From the NCBI GenBank assembly GCA_963924565.1, contig OZ004613.1, forward strand, positions 22,382,001-22,446,000: DNA of 64,000 nt, written 5' to 3'. The notes under the pieces were generated by a model. That model made no database searches. It was given only the letters and a program-made list of their open reading frames with translations, and was not told the origin of the DNA. The translations under genes were made by a program, and so were the position numbers. The DNA is from Ascidiella aspersa. Its lineage: Eukaryota. This document shows positions 50,301 through 58,500 of this stretch, piece by piece (the first letter of the stretch is position 1; each line of letters opens with the position of its first letter).

Positions 50301-52732
50301 GCACAATATTTTGGACATTGTTCACTGTTAGTTTAGTACAACATACCACCTACACCAGTGGTTCCCAACCTTAGCACCCCCCAGAAACAATAAATAGATT
50401 ATTCCAACCCTATCAAAATTTTCGTAATTCACTACAATGTCACAAAAATCGGAACTGGAACAACACACATCAATTCTACAAAACATGTAGGGAAGTATAA
50501 CTTAGCTTATGGTACTCTAATCTCACACAGAGAGTTGTAAGAGGACTACCAATTGAAAAAATCATGTTCTGAAATATTACTAAATATCTATCGGCACCCC
50601 TAAGGATAAGAAATGGAACCCCGATTGGGAACCACTGGCCCACACCTTCACCAAATATTTTCTTGCTACTTTTCGAACAACCGATCGTGGAGTGTTTTTT
50701 TACTGTACTGATATTTGCAGTCCAGCGCTGATCTCACTGTCCGTCACTCTTTAGGGGGTAGAGGGTTGTGATCATGGCAGTTAGTAGTATGCAGCACATT
50801 TTCTTGTTGATACCTGCATGAAACCGCTCGCAATCATAATACATACCGCTATAGCTTCGATGCGTGTGCGCGCGTGTGTGTGTGTGTGTGCCTGTGCATG
50901 CGCCTGTATATGTGCATTGTGCGTTTGATGCATGCAGGGTACTGCAAGTAGAGTAGAATAAAGTATTAACAAGTGCATTTACCGAACTAAAAAATACAAT
51001 CACGCTGGGTAATTTGCTCACAAGAAAACCTGAGAATAAATCCAACCAGGACAAGCCGATTTGGTGTATTAATAAGAGACGAAACTATTTAGTCAGTAAA
51101 TTTATAAACTCGTATAGCTTTCTAATTAGCTGACGTAAATACGAACATTAACCAAAGGGTATACGGTTAAGCTTTGAGTTAAACTATTGGATAATCTGAA
51201 GCCATTAGAATGCTTCGTTGCGTTTGGTATTAAAACGGGGTGCGTTCAGCACGCTTAAGCAAGAGCCCGATCGCGAATGTGCCGCTTCGCCAGGTCGCCG
51301 AACAGGTTGCTGAGGAGTTTTTCGAGCAAGGCGACATCGAGAAGAATCGACTGCGTCAGGAGCCGATCGACATGATGAACAGAAAGCTGAAACACAAGCT
51401 GCCCAACATGCAAGTCGGCTTCATCGACAGCATCTGCCTGCCGTTGTACAAGGTGGGAACAGGGACGGACCATGTTTTTTAGAGTACCTATAAGCACTTA
51501 GGACTCTGGTGCCCTATATGTGTCATTCAAAATATATTCACGATAAACCACACAATATTATTCATTGAAAATATACAGAGGTTTAAGATGATACTTGAGA
51601 ACGAAAAATAAGCACAAATTTATTTCAATCGGTTCAATATTGAGGTTTGAGTTGTCTGACCAACTCGAATTATTTCATTAAACACTGAGGCAACATTGGC
51701 AATTGAGCTATCGAAAATTCTGTAGTGCCCCCCATCTCTCTGTGCCCTAAACTCGTGCTTATTTTTCTTAATGGTTAAATCCACCCTGGCTGAGGTTAAT
51801 AATTCGACACGGCCGTATTCCAACGCTATTTGTCTAAAAAAATCCGTTTCGGCAGGAGAATAGTTTTGAGTTTCTTGGAAGTCTGATGCAGTATGTCGCA
51901 TGTTTTCTAGTCACCAACCAATAGCCTTCAGAAACAGTTTTCGTTATTAGCACATATCCCAAAATTTAGTGCAATTCCAAAAGTGATGTAACTACCATCT
52001 ATGTGCCGCCATAAATAAGGACGAATGAATAAAACAACGATTTTAATACGATACATATTGTGGTAAATTCAAACAAAGAAGCATATATTGGTAACTTTCC
52101 TTCCGTTGATCAACATTCTATCCTATTGTACAACTGCAGGCCGTATAGTCTTATAAAACAGTGGTCGGCAATCGCCGGTCCACGGACCGGTACCGGTCCG
52201 CGAGGAGTTCATTACCGGTCCGTAGCAGGGTTCCAGATGACATTTTGATCAAAACCCGATTTTTTTATTGTAAAATCGAACTCCTCGTACGTAGAATATA
52301 TCGAAAACGGGAAATATATAGCGTTTTTTTTATGTTCAAGCGTGCTCATATAAAGTGCAATAGAATTAAATCATGCAAACAATGTTTATAAACAATGTTG
52401 ATGTTCAGACAGAAAATTTTCGAAAAAACGGATGCATTTTAATTTGGACATTGAAAAAAGTTGTTATAAATTTCCTTTACAGAACATTTGTTTTTTTCAA
52501 GGCCGGTCCGCGACAAAATTTCAGTTTTAAACCGGTCCGCAGTGCAAAAAAGGTTGCCGACCCCTGTTATAAAACACTCTCACAAGGTTAAAACCAAAGA
52601 ATAGCTAAAAACACGTATTTTTCGTTACAGGCTCTTGTAGCGACTTCTACTGGCCTGCAGCCCATGCTAGCCGGTTGCCTGGACAATCGCAAAAACTGGG
52701 TGAAACTGGCCGAATCCGGAACCAGTCTGTAA
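11317..52732 (+). CDS. PDE5/PDE11: GAF-domain cyclic nucleotide phosphodiesterase, PDE5/PDE11 group (whole gene, 20 coding exons per isoform, ~881 aa, two mutually exclusive versions of exon 18)
   Basis: Hand-spliced join: 11317-11353, 12384-12536, 13119-13525, 20353-20454, 22368-22487, 22668-22757, 24698-24850, 26696-26837, 27989-28128, 31314-31361, 33335-33410, 33908-34074, 34676-34726, 35829-35975, 36763-36980, 38269-38357, 46083-46263, [47502-47565 or 49415-49478], 51294-51452, 52631-52732. All introns are GT-AG and phase-consistent, 2646 nt with no internal stop. Two GAF NK..F..DE motifs; catalytic motifs [21 protein letters not shown]....T(R/K)PW, EFFEQGD, MQVGFID. Confidence 0.93.
12384..12536 (+). 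CDS. PDE exon 2 ([27 protein letters not shown]...)
   Basis: tttctgtag acceptor, gtatgt donor; resembles PDE5A [27 protein letters not shown]. Confidence 0.88.
13119..13525 (+). CDS. PDE exon 3 (TPIRKIS kinase-site region, start of GAF-A)
   Basis: Branch-like ctaac, cgcttag acceptor, GC-rich codons; TPIRKIS...LKPMV resembles PDE5A TPTRKIS...LRPIV; gtaggc donor. Confidence 0.9.
20353..20454 (+). CDS. PDE exon 4, GAF-A ([16 protein letters not shown]...[10 protein letters not shown])
   Basis: ttttcag / gtaaat; ADR.SLFLV GAF motif. Confidence 0.93.
20525..20923. mobile_element. hAT-type MITE
   Basis: Perfect 15-bp TIR CAGTGCTTTCCAACC; perfect 8-bp TSD ACCTAAAT. Confidence 0.92.
22368..22487 (+). 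CDS. PDE exon 5, GAF-A ([21 protein letters not shown])
   Basis: tttcag / gtaagt; GAF GIAG..A.TG..LNI.DAY motif. Confidence 0.93.
22668..22757 (+). CDS. PDE exon 6, GAF-A ([26 protein letters not shown])
   Basis: tttgcag / gtaaga; RFN..ID..TGYKT..ILCMPI motif. Confidence 0.93.
24698..24850 (+). CDS. PDE exon 7, GAF-A NKFDE region
   Basis: tttcag / gtatat; [20 protein letters not shown]. Confidence 0.93.
26696..26837 (+). CDS. PDE exon 8 ([13 protein letters not shown]..., start of GAF-B)
   Basis: ttgcag / gtaagt; VLLDLA..LFEEQ. Confidence 0.92.
27650..27935. mobile_element. hAT-type MITE
   Basis: TIRs CAGTAGTTCCCAAACT / AGTTTGGGAATCACTG; flanks acctatatag / acctatag. Confidence 0.8.
27989..28128 (+). 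CDS. PDE exon 9, GAF-B
   Basis: tcgcag / gtaagc; phase 1 to 0; ...[14 protein letters not shown]. Confidence 0.85.
28384..28832. mobile_element. hAT-type MITE
   Basis: Perfect 16-bp TIR CAGTGGTTCCCAAACT; perfect TSD CCCTAAGG. Confidence 0.93.
31314..31361 (+). CDS. PDE exon 10, GAF-B ([16 protein letters not shown])
   Basis: ttcttgcag / gtgagt; N..DA..D.RF GAF motif. Confidence 0.85.
32150..32935 (-). repeat. Dispersed repeat, inverted homolog of 60730-61530
   Basis: Reverse-complement blocks shared, e.g. catcactaact.ccctaa, taaccccaaacag, taatactatggt, tagatttttctg. Confidence 0.75.
32397..32602. mobile_element. hAT-type MITE nested in an older repeat
   Basis: CAGGTGGTTCTTAA / TTAAGAACCACTG; TSD TTTTAACC / TTCTAACC. 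Confidence 0.8.
33335..33410 (+). CDS. PDE exon 11, GAF-B (SLLCVPIRD)
   Basis: tttgcag / gtagct. Confidence 0.9.
33574..33617 (-). ncRNA. Minimal type I hammerhead ribozyme-like motif
   Basis: UUUACA-CUGAUGA-U-GGCA(loop)UGCU-GAAAC-GUC-UGUAAA: perfect 6-bp stem I, 4-bp stem II, palindromic ACGU stem III. Confidence 0.6.
33733..33776 (+). ncRNA. Minimal type I hammerhead ribozyme-like motif (stem I mismatch)
   Basis: UUUAGA-CUGAUGA-U-GGCA...UGCU-GAAACGUC-UGUAAA. Confidence 0.5.
33908..34074 (+). CDS. PDE exon 12, GAF-B NKFDE region
   Basis: ttttag / gtaagt; GVIQLVNK...[20 protein letters not shown]. Confidence 0.93.
34676..34726 (+). CDS. PDE exon 13 (VLSYHA...)
   Basis: ttacag / gtaagt; LE-VLSYHA motif. 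Confidence 0.9.
35175..35345 (+). mobile_element. Possible degenerate tRNA-derived SINE
   Basis: A-box-like AGCTCAGTCGTT (35185) and B-box-like GAATTCAAATC (35228), A-rich tail; no cloverleaf. Confidence 0.3.
35610..35792. mobile_element. Degenerate hAT-type MITE
   Basis: CAG...CTG termini; TSD AGTTAGAG / TGTTAGAG. Confidence 0.65.
35829..35975 (+). CDS. PDE exon 14, start of catalytic domain
   Basis: atacag / gtgagg; ...[15 protein letters not shown]. Confidence 0.9.
36413..36733. mobile_element. hAT-type MITE (related to 50356-50637 and a fragment at ~12740-12890)
   Basis: CAGTGTTTCTCA start; TSD ATGTAAAA / ATGTAAAG; shared internal blocks such as ttgtaagag and aaatatct..ggcaccc. Confidence 0.72.
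36763..36980 (+). CDS. PDE exon 15, metal-binding core
   Basis: ttacag / gtaagt; [14 protein letters not shown] and [10 protein letters not shown] class I PDE signature. Confidence 0.96.
38269..38357 (+). CDS. PDE exon 16 ([22 protein letters not shown])
   Basis: atctag / gtaaga; HPLA.LY...ME.HH motif. Confidence 0.93.
38904..39269 (-). CDS. MGAT5: MGAT5 terminal exon 11 (Cys-rich C-terminal domain)
   Basis: GESCSAAC...RVCPCREF...ALC, stop; minus-strand AATAAA near 38780. Confidence 0.92.
   Translation of the reverse strand, partial: VQLSHLGESCSAACASRKMVCERTFFALINSTKVLRANGVDCATTTVIFPKQQLIEARQSGKRDVSVTCHAPSYVINRGECIFQSDELLYSCACVPSNGAKRVCPCREFKHEQSALCLEYE
38904..44548 (-). CDS. MGAT5: Alpha-1,6-mannosylglycoprotein 6-beta-N-acetylglucosaminyltransferase (GnT-V, GT18), 11 coding exons, ~712 aa, nested in PDE intron 16
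   Basis: Join on the minus strand: 44548-44423, 43859-43694, 43286-43102, 43039-42626, 42497-42368, 41819-41705, 41030-40907, 40594-40336, 39975-39845, 39770-39648, 39269-38904; 2139 nt, GT-AG, phase-consistent. N-terminal type II signal anchor; motifs [76 protein letters not shown] versus B paralog not resolved. Confidence 0.93.
39648..39770 (-). CDS. MGAT5: MGAT5 exon 10
   Basis: [12 protein letters not shown]...WPPVSAL. Confidence 0.9.
39845..39975 (-). CDS. MGAT5: MGAT5 exon 9
   Basis: GPPFVFTV...[14 protein letters not shown]. Confidence 0.9.
40336..40594 (-). CDS. MGAT5: MGAT5 exon 8
   Basis: [30 protein letters not shown]. Confidence 0.93.
40907..41030 (-). CDS. MGAT5: MGAT5 exon 7
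   Basis: ALIYGK...EVHATV. Confidence 0.9.
41705..41819 (-). CDS. MGAT5: MGAT5 exon 6
   Basis: [20 protein letters not shown]. Confidence 0.93.
42368..42497 (-). CDS. MGAT5: MGAT5 exon 5
   Basis: [17 protein letters not shown]. Confidence 0.92.
42626..43039 (-). CDS. MGAT5: MGAT5 exon 4
   Basis: [13 protein letters not shown]...FTDIIGL. Confidence 0.93.
43102..43286 (-). CDS. MGAT5: MGAT5 exon 3
   Basis: [15 protein letters not shown]; phase 1 to 0. Confidence 0.85.
43464..43672. repeat. Tandem repeat, ~52-53 bp x4, in an MGAT5 intron
   Basis: Units like ataggcaag...tattcagtatatcattttac. Confidence 0.85.
43694..43859 (-). CDS. MGAT5: MGAT5 exon 2
   Basis: tttctag acceptor; [17 protein letters not shown]. 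Confidence 0.85.
44423..44548 (-). CDS. MGAT5: MGAT5 exon 1 (signal anchor)
   Basis: [24 protein letters not shown]; gtaag donor, phase 0. Confidence 0.75.
46083..46263 (+). CDS. PDE exon 17 ([11 protein letters not shown]...HRDLLR)
   Basis: ttttaag / gtagga; missed by the ORF track on + but carries the TDLA motif; ends phase 2. Confidence 0.93.
47106..47452. mobile_element. Diverged foldback element with hammerhead-like cores
   Basis: 47138-47262 is an imperfect reverse complement of 47327-47452; internally deleted relative at 58541-58695. Confidence 0.8.
47502..47565 (+). CDS. PDE exon 18A, mutually exclusive ([21 protein letters not shown])
   Basis: caccag / gtagct; 64 nt, phase 2 to 0; invariant metal-ligand Asp and T.PW motif. 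Confidence 0.88.
47719..47732 (+). promoter_or_regulatory. Candidate intronic selector element downstream of exon 18A
   Basis: ACCCTCTACCCCCT is the exact reverse complement of 50753-50766. Confidence 0.6.
49415..49478 (+). CDS. PDE exon 18B, mutually exclusive ([21 protein letters not shown])
   Basis: acgcag / gtacct; 64 nt, phase 2 to 0; gapless homolog of 18A. Confidence 0.9.
50356..50637. mobile_element. hAT-type MITE
   Basis: TIR CAGTGGTTCCCAA / TTGGGAACCACTG; TSD ACCTACAC / GCCCACAC. Confidence 0.85.
50751..50768 (+). promoter_or_regulatory. Candidate intronic docking site upstream of exon 19
   Basis: TTAGGGGGTAGAGGGTTG pairs with 47719-47732 (14 bp perfect) and imperfectly with 49846-49863. 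Confidence 0.55.
51294..51452 (+). CDS. PDE exon 19 (EFFEQGD...[15 protein letters not shown])
   Basis: cgccag / gtggga; invariant Gln and Phe of the purine pocket. Confidence 0.95.
52159..52566. mobile_element. hAT-type MITE
   Basis: TIR CAGTGGTCGGCAA / TTGCCGACCCCTG; perfect TSD TTATAAAA; subterminal ccggtcc repeats. Confidence 0.9.
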
Positions 52733-54666
52733 CATCTATTAACTTTAAATAACATCAAATCGAAAGCGCCCATTAGTCTTCAAAATTTTTTGTGTAACGT
52801 TCCTCTTCTTGATGCATTTCCGCGTGTTTCGTATCGTTCGCCTTTCACCGTTATATCTTGTTCGCTTTTTTTACCCCACCTGTTTTCAGCGGTATACCAC
52901 CGAGGAACGGGTGGTGGAAAGGTCATCGGTCAAAAGCGTAATAGAAATTGCCGCCCGTAATTGCATAGACGGTGTGTCGTGTGTTACAGTTTGTTGCGAA
53001 AAAAGAAAGAAGGGGTTCGAGGCCTCTGGCATCTACCAGAGGTTGGCATCAAAGTAACAATAGGAGCAACTAGAAAGGGAAGCATAGACGGATCGAAGCC
53101 ATTTGCTCAAAAAAATAAAATGCAAATAGAAAATACCAGTTTATCTAGTAGATATACGGTACAAATTAATTAGAAAAAAATGGTCTTAAGTTAAGTGTGA
53201 ATTTGGAAGAAAAGTTGTGTGAGGTTATTGTAATGTTAACAATCCTACTAATCCGCAAAAGTAGAGTTCTAATTTGCAATTATCAAGCATAAAATTTACT
53301 TGATTTTTGAAATGAATAGATCATTAGAATAAACAGCCTGCGAAAAAGTGACAAATTTATTTTTAAGATCTTGGTATCCCCGGAACTGCTTACATATCTA
53401 TAGCGATCTTTTCAATCGTCCAGCTTTAGTTATTTCAAAAATTTCACCTTCCTTTAAATTTCCTTTATTTTGGTAAATATGATATTGGAAAGAGTAATTT
53501 CAGTAGTGTATATATTCTTACACGAGTAATGCCATGCTTGTTTGGTTTAGAACAGGGTTTGGCAACCTACGGCCCGCCACATATTTGACAAGAGGTCATT
53601 CTTCATAATTTTTGGTTGTTACAACTACCTAAAAGCAAGCTCCTGCATCGAGTGTAACAAGTAGTTAGAGCCTTTTCAATCACAAATACCCTAATTTTAT
53701 CTCTGAAAATCAGTCGTTGCGGTTGTTATAATAAGACGCGTAAAGTCTACACAGTTAACATGTAATTATACTTGCAGACTGCGAATCCTCATTACTCAGC
53801 ATCAAACGTTTGTAGTTTTGCTTCATGTGTTAAATTGGGGTTTAACGCATTGGTGTCCGAAACAGCGTTTTGATAAAGAAATTACTGCTGTACCGTCGTA
53901 CCGGTAAATATATTCACTTGTTTCTGGGCCATGTCCCAACAAAATAATTTTTTGCCTATGTAAAATGTCGTTCTTGGGCTGAATATACAGTTCCTTTAGT
54001 TTAAACGGACAAAAACGTAGTAAACAAGGACAGAAGTTAAATTTTGCATTTACATAGTGAATGTCGACCGAAAATATAGTCTGCGGGGCATGGCCCGATG
54101 CTCTCTGGATCCGATCATGGGCTCGAAAACACCATTGCAAATACAAACAAGAAGCTTATATTGTTTACTGAAGTTGAACAGCGACTTCCAACGTAACCTA
54201 TTTGCTTTGTGGTAGCTTACGTAACCACAACCTGAAAACCCATACGCTGATGAAATGTGCATAATTATGATTAAATTTTCAACAACGACAGAAAAGTGTT
54301 TACTTTGGAGTCGCCGATAGATTACGCTACCTAGTTGCTGTAAGAACTGTATTGACATAACTTACGGGTCATGTTTCAAAGGTCACTTCTCCCCAGGTAG
54401 CCAATGCTGTGCTGTCGTTGCCTATTTGAACGCAAATGTAAAATGAACTTTCAGAGCATACTGCTTTTGGCGAATAGCTTTAAAATTAGAGCGATTTTAG
54501 TTGGAATTTGCCCTACAGTTAAGTTTACCCTGTAATATAAACACGACAAGACGTTTAATTCCGAAACAACAGCAGCGTGAAGCTGTGCGTTTGCAAAGGT
54601 AAACGTGGTTGAACTGGAAACGGCTCGCCTTACACAGCCACGCAAAGATTGTTTCGCAGTCAAACC
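52522..54666 (+). repeat. Segmental duplication, copy 1
   Basis: Aligns with 61860-64000 (offset 9338 at its start) with scattered substitutions and small indels. Confidence 0.95.
52631..52732 (+). CDS. PDE terminal exon 20 ([33 protein letters not shown])
   Basis: ttacag acceptor; PML.GC..NR..W motif; TAA; no CaaX box. Confidence 0.92.
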   Translation, partial: ALVATSTGLQPMLAGCLDNRKNWVKLAESGTSL

Positions 54667-55544
54667 TAATTTCGGTGTCTATTTAAGTAGCGTTTAAATG
54701 TAAGAGATGGGATAACACAATTTACCCCATGTAAGCTATATTCTTAGTACCATATATTGCCCATAGGTATAATCGCAGTGTAGCAGTCTGATGGTTTATG
54801 AAAATACAGAAATGCTCCTGATTTCGCCCCATCGTGGTACCTCGCTTTATCAGCACCACAGAGCCGTAACGATGTTAGTAACTAGTTGGTAGCAATAGGT
54901 CACAGGCTGTTGCTGGCCTAGCCTTTACTCGAGAGAAGGTGTACTGTACTAGCACGTAACGGTCAATTTCAAGGACAGAATACAAAGTTGAAAATTGGCG
55001 CTATCGCTGTCGCAGAAAACCAAACAAATTTCCTTATCGCAAATATTTGATTTTCTTTATTTTGCAAAGCTGTCGTACCAGGCACGACACGATGTCATTT
55101 CACGAAGCTTCTAAATGTAAGCCAGTGGTTCCTAGTTAGTCAATTAGAAATATTCTTGTCTTATTTATGTCTAGTTTAATTGCCCTTGTTTTGATCTTGT
55201 ATTTGAGTTTTGATGTGCATGGGGTTGGATATAACATAATTTAGAGTTTATTACACAACCTATGACAATAAAGGAAGCCGAAAGCTCTATATATTCCCCA
55301 ACTCTATCATAAAACTCTATAGGTGCCAGGATATTTCAAGTAACAATGCCGGCGGGTTTTAATACAGTAACGATGTTCGGTTTGACTAAAACGCCGGATG
55401 TTACGTTTCAATGTTTTCACGTCACAGACAAGTCGATTCGGTTTGCGCTTTACGAGTTTACAGTTTTTTGTTCTGGTTTGCTTTAGATCAATTAACAGCT
55501 ATAGGTCGGAACATTGAATTCCAGTTGAAGTCAGAAAGGCCGAA

Positions 55545-58500
55545 ATGAAGGTGATTTGCGCCGGCCTGCCCAAGACAGGGACCAAATCGGTGGCGGCGGC
55601 TCTGAGAGTGCTCGGCTACAACGCCTATGACGCTCCGGAAACTTACAACTTCCACAACGACGCCTGGGCCGACATTTTCGCCGGCAAGCGGGAAGCAATG
55701 AAGGCCTTCGGCGAAATGTACAGCGACGTTGACGCTGTGGTGGATCTCCCAGCCTGCTGCATGTGGGACACCATTCTGGAGGCCTACCCGCAGTCCAAGG
55801 TTTGTTTGACACCCGCTATCAATTCTTGAAGTTCGTGTGTAAATGCTTTAGTTTTCTCAAAATAAAGACCCGTATTTTTAACGGGGTACAATACTACATT
55901 ATTAAGAGCAGCCACCTATAATATTGCCTAATGTGCAGTAATATCTACGACGGAAAAATACCTAAACCTAAGGTGGTAAAACCTAGCGGAAGGAGACCTA
56001 AATGGTCTAAATAGCATACAAAACAGTAGTGAAAGGTATGGGATGGGACAATTAACCGCACCCGTTTTGGCATTAGCCTTTCTGGCATCTGTCGTTCAGG
56101 CCGCTGTTTAGGTACTGTACTGTGTCAGTTTTGGAGTTAGGGTTGCAGTTTTGGTTGAAATTAGGGATAGAGTAAAACTATAGTATAGCAGTCCTGTTTT
56201 GATATCCTTTGAACTTTGTTTAATTCCGACGTTAATGTTATTCTAGTTTTGGTTATATTGCTAGTGTCCGTTTTTATTGCAAGGTCTGCTTCTGCTAAGC
56301 GCACTTTTTGACGGTTTTGTGGCGGGCGTATTCTTGTTCAATCAGCCCAATAGCTCAAGGGTCGCCAATTACTGGAAAAGCGTGCCAATCGCAGATAATA
56401 ATGAGTGGCTCAGTATTGTTAGGACAAGTGATTTACTAATCCATATTATAATCATACTAAATGTGATTAAATATTGCATTGTTGTTGTCAAATATATTAT
56501 GGTATTACGACAGTCTTCGTAGCTCATTGTTGTTGTGCACTATGGCTGGTTCACGCGGAGACAATTTTAATCATGCACTGCTTAAAATGCAATTTAAGTC
56601 CGCAAGTATTGAAAATTTAAAATATTAAGCGAAAGAATTGTAATAATTTCTTGTCTATAGGCATTTTTAATTTGGTAGCCAGTGAAAAAGGTCAATGACG
56701 TACTTTTTCGGGATTTTGTCATGAATATAAACCAACCTAAATGTTCTCAGCTTGATCCCTGGCCTAATATGGTGTTATCATTTACTAAGGGCCTTGACTT
56801 ATACACCGAATCACTGATCGACCGCCACAAGAAAAGCAATTTACCTAGGTATTAAACACCAAATGTCACTTTGACCGCAAAACCTAAAGGTTACATCAGT
56901 TATCGAGTCGTTTCTGTCAATGTACCAATGTTGAATGTAAGCTAATAAATTTTCTGCGAAATAACCTGGACCAAAATGTCAAACGCAGATCGTTTGAGCT
57001 GACGTTGACGTTGATTGTTATTTTAGGCAATCGAAATTCAAAGAATTGTTATTGGTTCTTCGTAAAACGCTTGCTTGCTTAGCCTTTGTATGTCTGTACC
57101 AGTAACCTGTAGCGAGGATTCTCAAATAACAGACCCTTGTCCCTATCAGGACCTTGGAAGTGTAAAAGGTGGAACTCAACAAAAAAGTACTAGGCCTATG
57201 CGGTACAATAGGTAACAGAAAACTAAAACAAGCAAAATCGTCTTAGGCCGACTATAGTACAGTAAATAGCTTTATGCTTTCGACAAGTATTTCATTCGCA
57301 CCATTTAAAAATATTCACCGAACTGTCCTGTCTTGAAAAATTATGTAGAGTATACTCTCGTAAATGAGCCTTTTTTTAAACTATGTAAATAGCTCTGACA
57401 TGTAATTGAAAATTTTCAAAATAGTCTGCCGAAACCAATTTGAGTTAATCAAACTCAATAAAGATACCTGATATTTTATTTTATTCTCCGGTGGTTAGGA
57501 CAAGAAGTATTCGGTCTTCCAAACCGATACCAAATGCCGTCTTTATTATATTTAAATTATTAAAATTCATTAAATTAAAACGCTTAAAGTTAGTTTTTAA
57601 GGCCACCTGAATATTTATGCGACTTCAGGCAAGCTTTTCCGAAAAATAATATATATATAACCAAACACCATGCATCTTTTTATTGCAGGTCATATTGACA
57701 GTCCGAAGTAGTGAAGAAAAATGGTTGAAGAGTCTTAAAAACCAAGCTGCGCAAATCCCACAAATATTGGTAGGAAGCCTATACGTCTATTGCTAGTACT
57801 ATTTTGGTATAATAAATAATCTGTCAATCGTTAGGCTATTTAAAATTAATTCACTCTATACTGGGAAATAATGTTAAGTCAGCACAGAGATCAACAATTA
57901 ATTGAGTAACCTTAATTAATTGAGTAACCTTGATTCTATATGCTAAAAAATGGAATTTTTTTGATTTCGTCAATATCTAAAATAGTCAAGGCCCACATGA
58001 GTGCATAACATTAGGCGACATACTGTAAAGAAAAACATAAAATTCCTTTAAAGCAAAATATTCCTACTGTATTTTGCTCCATATCTAAAACTTCTTAAAC
58101 GGTTCCTAAAGCCAATATGATATCAAGTTGCCTTTAAATACCAATATCAAAACGAAACAAAATACCTCATAGACGAGATTAAATCGGTCCATGCTCCTTC
58201 AAAAATGTTGCTTCAAGAAAGTCACGAAGCAGGCAAAGACCACAAAGGTATTTACGATGTTTTGCATACATTACTGACAGATTCCATTCATATCGTGCAA
58301 CTTGAATTCGGTGCTATTTTACTGCTGGATTATGTCGTCGTCCATGTACAAGTTGTGGACCAACTTTAAAATCTCCGCCGAGTTGTCACTTGGCTTCTTC
58401 CCCAACCGTTTTACGCCGATCAATGAGCACATTTCAAGGTATGAGTTGCCCTTAAAATAGTTATGTTTTTTTACTGTTTTCGCAGAACTGTCGACTGTTT

